Virus record (IMG/VR): IMGVR_UViG_3300029107_000009
Coordinates: 1 to 8,951 of that record
Origin: a virus
Lineage: Duplodnaviria; Heunggongvirae; Uroviricota; Caudoviricetes
Length of the DNA stretch: 8,951 bases
Direction: 5' to 3' (one strand)
The notes beneath the pieces were generated by a model, which saw only the letters and a program-made list of their open reading frames with translations, was not told the origin of the DNA and did not search any database. This document shows, piece by piece, positions 6,130 to 8,951 of this stretch. Every line of letters begins with the position of its first letter. Position 1 is the stretch's first letter. Made by a program: the position numbers and the translations under genes.

Positions 6130-6155
6130 ACCGCCATATCTGGCGGTTTTTTTTT
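6130..6155 (+). terminator. Strong rho-independent terminator in the non-coding gap
   Basis: ACCGCCA-TATC-TGGCGGT followed by nine T residues. Confidence 0.8.
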
Positions 6156-6400
6156 ATTCCTTTCTCAGAACAAAAAAAGACACGAGCATCCAGGAATACT
6201 CGTGGGACAACGTCCTTTGGATAGCAATTTGCGAGAGGGTGAAAAGTAGCGCGGTCGTCGGATTAAGACCGCGGGACAAAGTCCATGAAGAATAATAAGT
6301 ATTGGCCCCCTTCCGGGGACATGTTCATACTACTAAGCTTCAGAAGTGGTTTAAATACTCAAATTAACCTTAATTTCCGATAAGTCTTATTTCATTTCTT

Positions 6401-6503
6401 TGCGCCACATCTGGCGCGCATCAAATAACGCCACGCAAAGGGCATCTGCGGATGCCGGTGCTTTTGACGGGGTGTTTTTACGGGCCGCTGGTGGCCCTTT
6501 TTT
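6401..6503 (+). promoter_or_regulatory. Structured leader upstream of the holin gene: three consecutive GC hairpins, the last followed by a T-tract
   Basis: Hairpins TGCGCCA-CATC-TGGCGCG (6401-6418), GGCATC-TGCG-GATGCC (6441-6456) and GGGCC-GCTGGT-GGCCC + TTTTTT (6482-6503), directly before the holin RBS. Confidence 0.4.
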
Positions 6504-6522
6504 ATTTACAGGAGAAAAAAGT

Positions 6523-6915
6523 ATGTCTGAACCCTTATCCGGTTCCGGCACGGCTGCGGCGCTCGGTGGGGCGACGGTGTACGGGCTGTTTACCGGAACG
6601 GATTTCGGGATTGTGTTTGGTGCGTTCGCCGGGGCGTTATTTGTGGCAACGATGCCGCAGGCGCTTTCAGCCTGGCGTGTGGCAGCACATTTTCTGGTGT
6701 CGTTCATTATCGGCGTTCTGGGCGCAGAAGTTCTGGCATCCTGGCTGGTAAAGCATACAGGGTTTGACGGTGCACCTGTCGACGCATTGTGTGCAGTACT
6801 GGTGTCAGTGGTGTCGGTGAAGATTCTCTCGTTCATCCACCAGCAGGATATAGCATCACTGGTGTCCGGTCTGTTCTCCCGCCTGCGGGGCGGAGGAGGC
6901 GGCAATGTTAAGTAA
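6523..6915 (+). CDS. Putative holin (130 aa, multi-TM membrane protein)
   Basis: ATG 6523 with AGGAG at 8 nt. Product has several Gly/Ala-rich hydrophobic segments and a charged C-terminus; first gene of a three-gene lysis cassette. Confidence 0.65.
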   Translation: MSEPLSGSGTAAALGGATVYGLFTGTDFGIVFGAFAGALFVATMPQALSAWRVAAHFLVSFIIGVLGAEVLASWLVKHTGFDGAPVDALCAVLVSVVSVKILSFIHQQDIASLVSGLFSRLRGGGGGNVK

Positions 6916-7180
6916 CCTTCCTGGATTGCTGAATGTGGCGTTATGCACGGTTATCGTGCTGACGCTCTTTTTTTATCGTCGCCGTGATTCCAGACATAAA
7001 CCGCTGGTGTCATGGCTGGCCTGGCTGCTGATGCTGCTTTATGCCTTTGCACCACTCAGCTATCTGTGTGGTCGCCCGTTAGCAACGGGCTGGCTGGAAG
7101 TGTTTTTTAACCTGCTGTTCTGCGTGCTGGTAATACGCGCACGCGGGAACGTCACAAAAATCTTTCCATTGTTGAGGTGA
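6905..7180 (+). CDS. Membrane protein of the lysis cassette (91 aa, about three TM segments)
   Basis: ATG 6905 with GGAGGAGG at 5 nt, overlapping the holin stop by 11 nt; hydrophobic product; stop overlaps the endolysin start region. Confidence 0.6.
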   Translation: MLSNLPGLLNVALCTVIVLTLFFYRRRDSRHKPLVSWLAWLLMLLYAFAPLSYLCGRPLATGWLEVFFNLLFCVLVIRARGNVTKIFPLLR

Positions 7181-7182
7181 AT

Positions 7183-7560
7183 ATGTCGGGTAAATTCAGA
7201 TTCAGCCGTCGCAGTGAAAAAAATCTGGAGGGCGTCAAACCACAGCTGGTTGCTGTCGTTCGCCGTGCGCTGGAGCTGACGGAGGTTGATTTCGGTATTA
7301 CGGAAGGCCTGCGCAGTAAGTATCGCCAGAAACAGCTGGTCGCGGAAGGGAAAAGCCAGACCATGAACAGCCGCCACCTGACCGGTGATGCTGTGGATGT
7401 TGTGGCTTATGTTGGCAGCCAGGTGTCATGGGACTGGCCTCTGTACGAGAAAATCGCGCAGGCATTTAAGCAGGCTGCCGCAGAGCTGGGGACTGCCATC
7501 GAATGGGGCGGGGACTGGAAAACACTGAAAGACGGACCTCACTTTCAGTTGAAACGATAA
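7183..7560 (+). CDS. Endolysin, peptidase M15 (VanY / L-alanyl-D-glutamate peptidase-like), 125 aa from ATG 7183 (alternative GTG 7177)
   Basis: Product carries SRHLTGDAVDV, which matches the zinc-binding SxHxxGxAxD signature of M15-type cell-wall peptidases; GAGG upstream; follows the holin-like genes. Confidence 0.75.
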   Translation: MSGKFRFSRRSEKNLEGVKPQLVAVVRRALELTEVDFGITEGLRSKYRQKQLVAEGKSQTMNSRHLTGDAVDVVAYVGSQVSWDWPLYEKIAQAFKQAAAELGTAIEWGGDWKTLKDGPHFQLKR

Positions 7561-7572
7561 GCAAAACAAAAC

Positions 7573-7600
7573 CCCCGCAGCTGGAACAGTCCGGGGTTTT
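7573..7600 (+). terminator. Probable terminator after the endolysin gene
   Basis: CCCCG...CGGGG stem with a 14-nt loop followed by TTTT; weaker than the other terminators in the window. Confidence 0.4.
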
Positions 7601-7831
7601 TAGTTTTCACGCCATGAAAAGGAACAATAAGTTGCAAAACAGCATGAGGTGAGGAAATTGTGAACAGTGAGTACGGGGAAAATCCTCGTGGGAAAGTATA
7701 AAAGATTCTTTTTGAGGTTGTCCATTATGAAAGGTATTGAAGTGGAAACTCCCGCGAGCCTTGATTTGACAAGGGCTGCGGCCTTTGCATGGCGGTCGCT
7801 GTTCTGATTTGGGCTGTGCGTTGGTGGTGAC

Positions 7832-8014
7832 ATGAGCAGAAAACACTGGACACACAGAATGCCTCGAGCGGCGGCGAAAAGGGCACTGGTAGCGATACTG
7901 GTGCCTTTTTTATTGGTGGGCTGCGTTAGCCTGGATAAGGCGCGCCAACTTTTAGATACAGCTTCTCAGGTCTGCAAAATTGTCGACAGTGTCCAGCAGT
8001 GTATGCAGAACTGA
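7832..8014 (+). CDS. Small lipoprotein (60 aa precursor; lipobox LVGC; 30-aa mature peptide with three Cys)
   Basis: ATG 7832; basic N-terminus, hydrophobic stretch LVAILVPFLLVG, then Cys: a signal peptidase II-type pattern. No overlapping Rz-like ORF. Confidence 0.5.
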   Translation: MSRKHWTHRMPRAAAKRALVAILVPFLLVGCVSLDKARQLLDTASQVCKIVDSVQQCMQN

Positions 8015-8041
8015 GCTTTGCATTTGGATGGTGCGAGTAAC

Positions 8042-8067
8042 AAAAAACGGTCAATTGACCGGTTGAT
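8042..8067 (-). terminator. Rho-independent terminator for the minus-strand gene (perfect palindrome, possibly bidirectional)
   Basis: CGGTCAATTGACCG palindrome (8048-8061) followed on the minus strand by UUUUUUG, 12 nt after the minus-strand stop codon. Confidence 0.6.
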
Positions 8068-8073
8068 TAGCGT

Positions 8074-8253
8074 TTAACGTTTGCTGTCTGGAGTTCGTTT
8101 TACAGGTACCCATGTAGCACCCGGCTTTGATGTCGGGGGAGCCGTATGGTTATCAGGAATGGTGGTGTAATTGTTTGTCGTGCCACCACGTGGGCCTTGT
8201 TGACGGTAAACGCCACCATCTTTGCCACTATTTTCACCTGGTTTTAAAGCCAT
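8074..8253 (-). CDS. Hypothetical Gly/Pro/Thr-rich hydrophilic protein (59 aa), opposite-strand moron
   Basis: ATG at 8253 on the minus strand with AGGGA SD at 7 nt; own terminator; product MALKPGENSGKDGGVYRQQGPRGGTTNNYTTIPDNHTAPPTSKPGATWVPVKRTPDSKR. The track's longer ORF to 8322 starts at TTG with no SD. Confidence 0.5.
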   Translation of the reverse strand: MALKPGENSGKDGGVYRQQGPRGGTTNNYTTIPDNHTAPPTSKPGATWVPVKRTPDSKR

Positions 8254-8414
8254 GCTAGTCCCTTTTATTAAAGTCACGATTGTGTGACAAGGTGAGTATT
8301 GGTCGTATAAGTGAAAAGACAAGATGAAATTTTTTCATGAGCCATCTGTTAGTTCATCTTAAGCACATTCTGGAAATGTGAGCTGATATTTACGGGAGTT
8401 AGAGGAAATTAACA

Positions 8415-8765
8415 ATGCCCCTGCGAACCCCAAAAGTCTGCCGTGTTCGCGGTTGCCGCCATACCACGACTGACCCGTCAGGCTACTGCGAAAGCCACAA
8501 AAGCGAAGGCTGGAAGCAATACAAACCTGGACAATCCCGTCATCAGCGCGGCTACGGTTCGAAGTGGGACAGTATCCGCGTGCGCATATTGAAGCGTGAC
8601 AAAGGCCTGTGTCAGTTATGTCTGCGTGCTGGTGTGGTGCGTGAGGCGAAAACCGTTGACCACATCATCCCTAAAGCGCATGGCGGCACTGATGCCGACA
8701 GTAATCTGCAGAGTCTGTGCTGGCCGTGTCATAAGGCGAAGACGGCCCGTGAATGGCTGAAGTAA
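8415..8765 (+). CDS. HNH endonuclease (116 aa), packaging-associated type
   Basis: Product has CxxC...HK...DHIIPKAHGGTDADSNLQSLCWPCHKAK, a classic HNH motif. GAGGAA SD. Sits immediately upstream of the terminase small subunit, as in HK97-like phages. Confidence 0.85.
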   Translation: MPLRTPKVCRVRGCRHTTTDPSGYCESHKSEGWKQYKPGQSRHQRGYGSKWDSIRVRILKRDKGLCQLCLRAGVVREAKTVDHIIPKAHGGTDADSNLQSLCWPCHKAKTAREWLK

Positions 8766-8791
8766 GAACCAGTTCCCACTGCCAGAGGGGA

Positions 8792-8851
8792 GGGGCGGGT
8801 CAAATCCCTGTGACCTGACGTCTTCCGGACTGCCCGCCCCATCGTTTTTTT
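8792..8851 (+). repeat. GC-rich inverted repeat (GGGGCGGG ... CCCGCCCC) followed by a T-tract; candidate cos/packaging element or terminator
   Basis: 8-bp perfect inverted repeat (8792-8799 with 8833-8840) separated by 33 bp, then ATCGTTTTTTT; lies between the HNH and terminase genes. Confidence 0.4.
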
Positions 8852-8890
8852 ATACCCGCGAAAAATGAAATTTAACCAGGAGTGCCGCAT

Positions 8891-8951
8891 ATGGCTGGAA
8901 CGGCGGGGCGTTCCGGGCGTCGCCCCAAGCCAACGGCGCGCAAGGCGCTGG
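8891..8951 (+). CDS. Terminase small subunit, N-terminal fragment (runs off the window)
   Basis: ATG 8891 with AGGAG at 8 nt; N-terminus MAGTAGRSGRRPKPTARKAL is typical of P27-family small terminase subunits; follows the HNH gene. Confidence 0.7.
   Translation, partial: MAGTAGRSGRRPKPTARKAL

Noticed and set aside
5771-6522. Possible Shiga-toxin (stxAB) or other toxin cargo between the tRNA genes and the holin
   Set aside because: No ORF of adequate length with an SD exists on either strand in this interval; only short frames and RNA-like hairpins are present.
6387-6905. 172-aa minus-strand ORF antisense to the holin
   Set aside because: Pro/Arg/Thr-rich low-complexity product typical of the reverse frame of a GC-rich gene; no SD; fully overlaps a well-supported plus-strand gene.
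6400-6915. Extended 171-aa version of the holin ORF, and the overlapping 99-aa ORF at 6452-6751
   Set aside because: The upstream extension runs through three GC hairpins and has no SD. The in-frame ATG 6523 has a well-placed AGGAG and the product becomes membrane-protein-like only from that point. The 6452-6751 frame is an alternative-frame artefact.
7727-7807. 26-aa plus-strand ORF (MKGIEVETPASLDLTRAAAFAWRSLF) with GAGG at 9 nt
   Set aside because: Not rejected outright, but too short and featureless to call from sequence alone; left unannotated pending expression data.
7060-7855. Minus-strand ORFs 7060-7377, 7152-7364, 7600-7833 and 7607-7855
   Set aside because: The first two are antisense to the membrane protein and endolysin genes. 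The latter two cross the endolysin terminator and the lipoprotein start, lack an SD and give low-complexity products.

Overview
This window reads as the early-late junction of a lambdoid prophage from an Enterobacteriaceae (E. coli-like) genome, with all confident genes on the + strand. In order: the end of an upstream gene; a small SAM-dependent methyltransferase; small acidic ORFs; an unknown 135-146 aa protein coupled to a 27-aa membrane peptide; a 29-aa hydrophobic peptide; a hok/sok-type type I toxin locus (mok/hokD) with promoter, fold-back complementarity and terminator; rem-like and ydfU-like (DUF968) genes; rusA; a putative Q antiterminator with a late promoter and terminator; four tRNA genes; a ~750-bp structured non-coding gap; a lysis cassette (holin, membrane protein, M15-type endolysin) with no recognisable Rz/Rz1; a small lipoprotein; one minus-strand Gly/Pro/Thr-rich gene with its own terminator; an HNH endonuclease; a GC-rich inverted repeat; and the start of a terminase small subunit. 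Identifications rest on motifs I could read and on recalled protein sequences; no database search was run. I found no CRISPR array, IS element or integrase. The most interesting items are the apparently intact hok/sok architecture, two further short hydrophobic peptides beside it, an atypical tRNA, and the structured gap where Stx phages carry stx.
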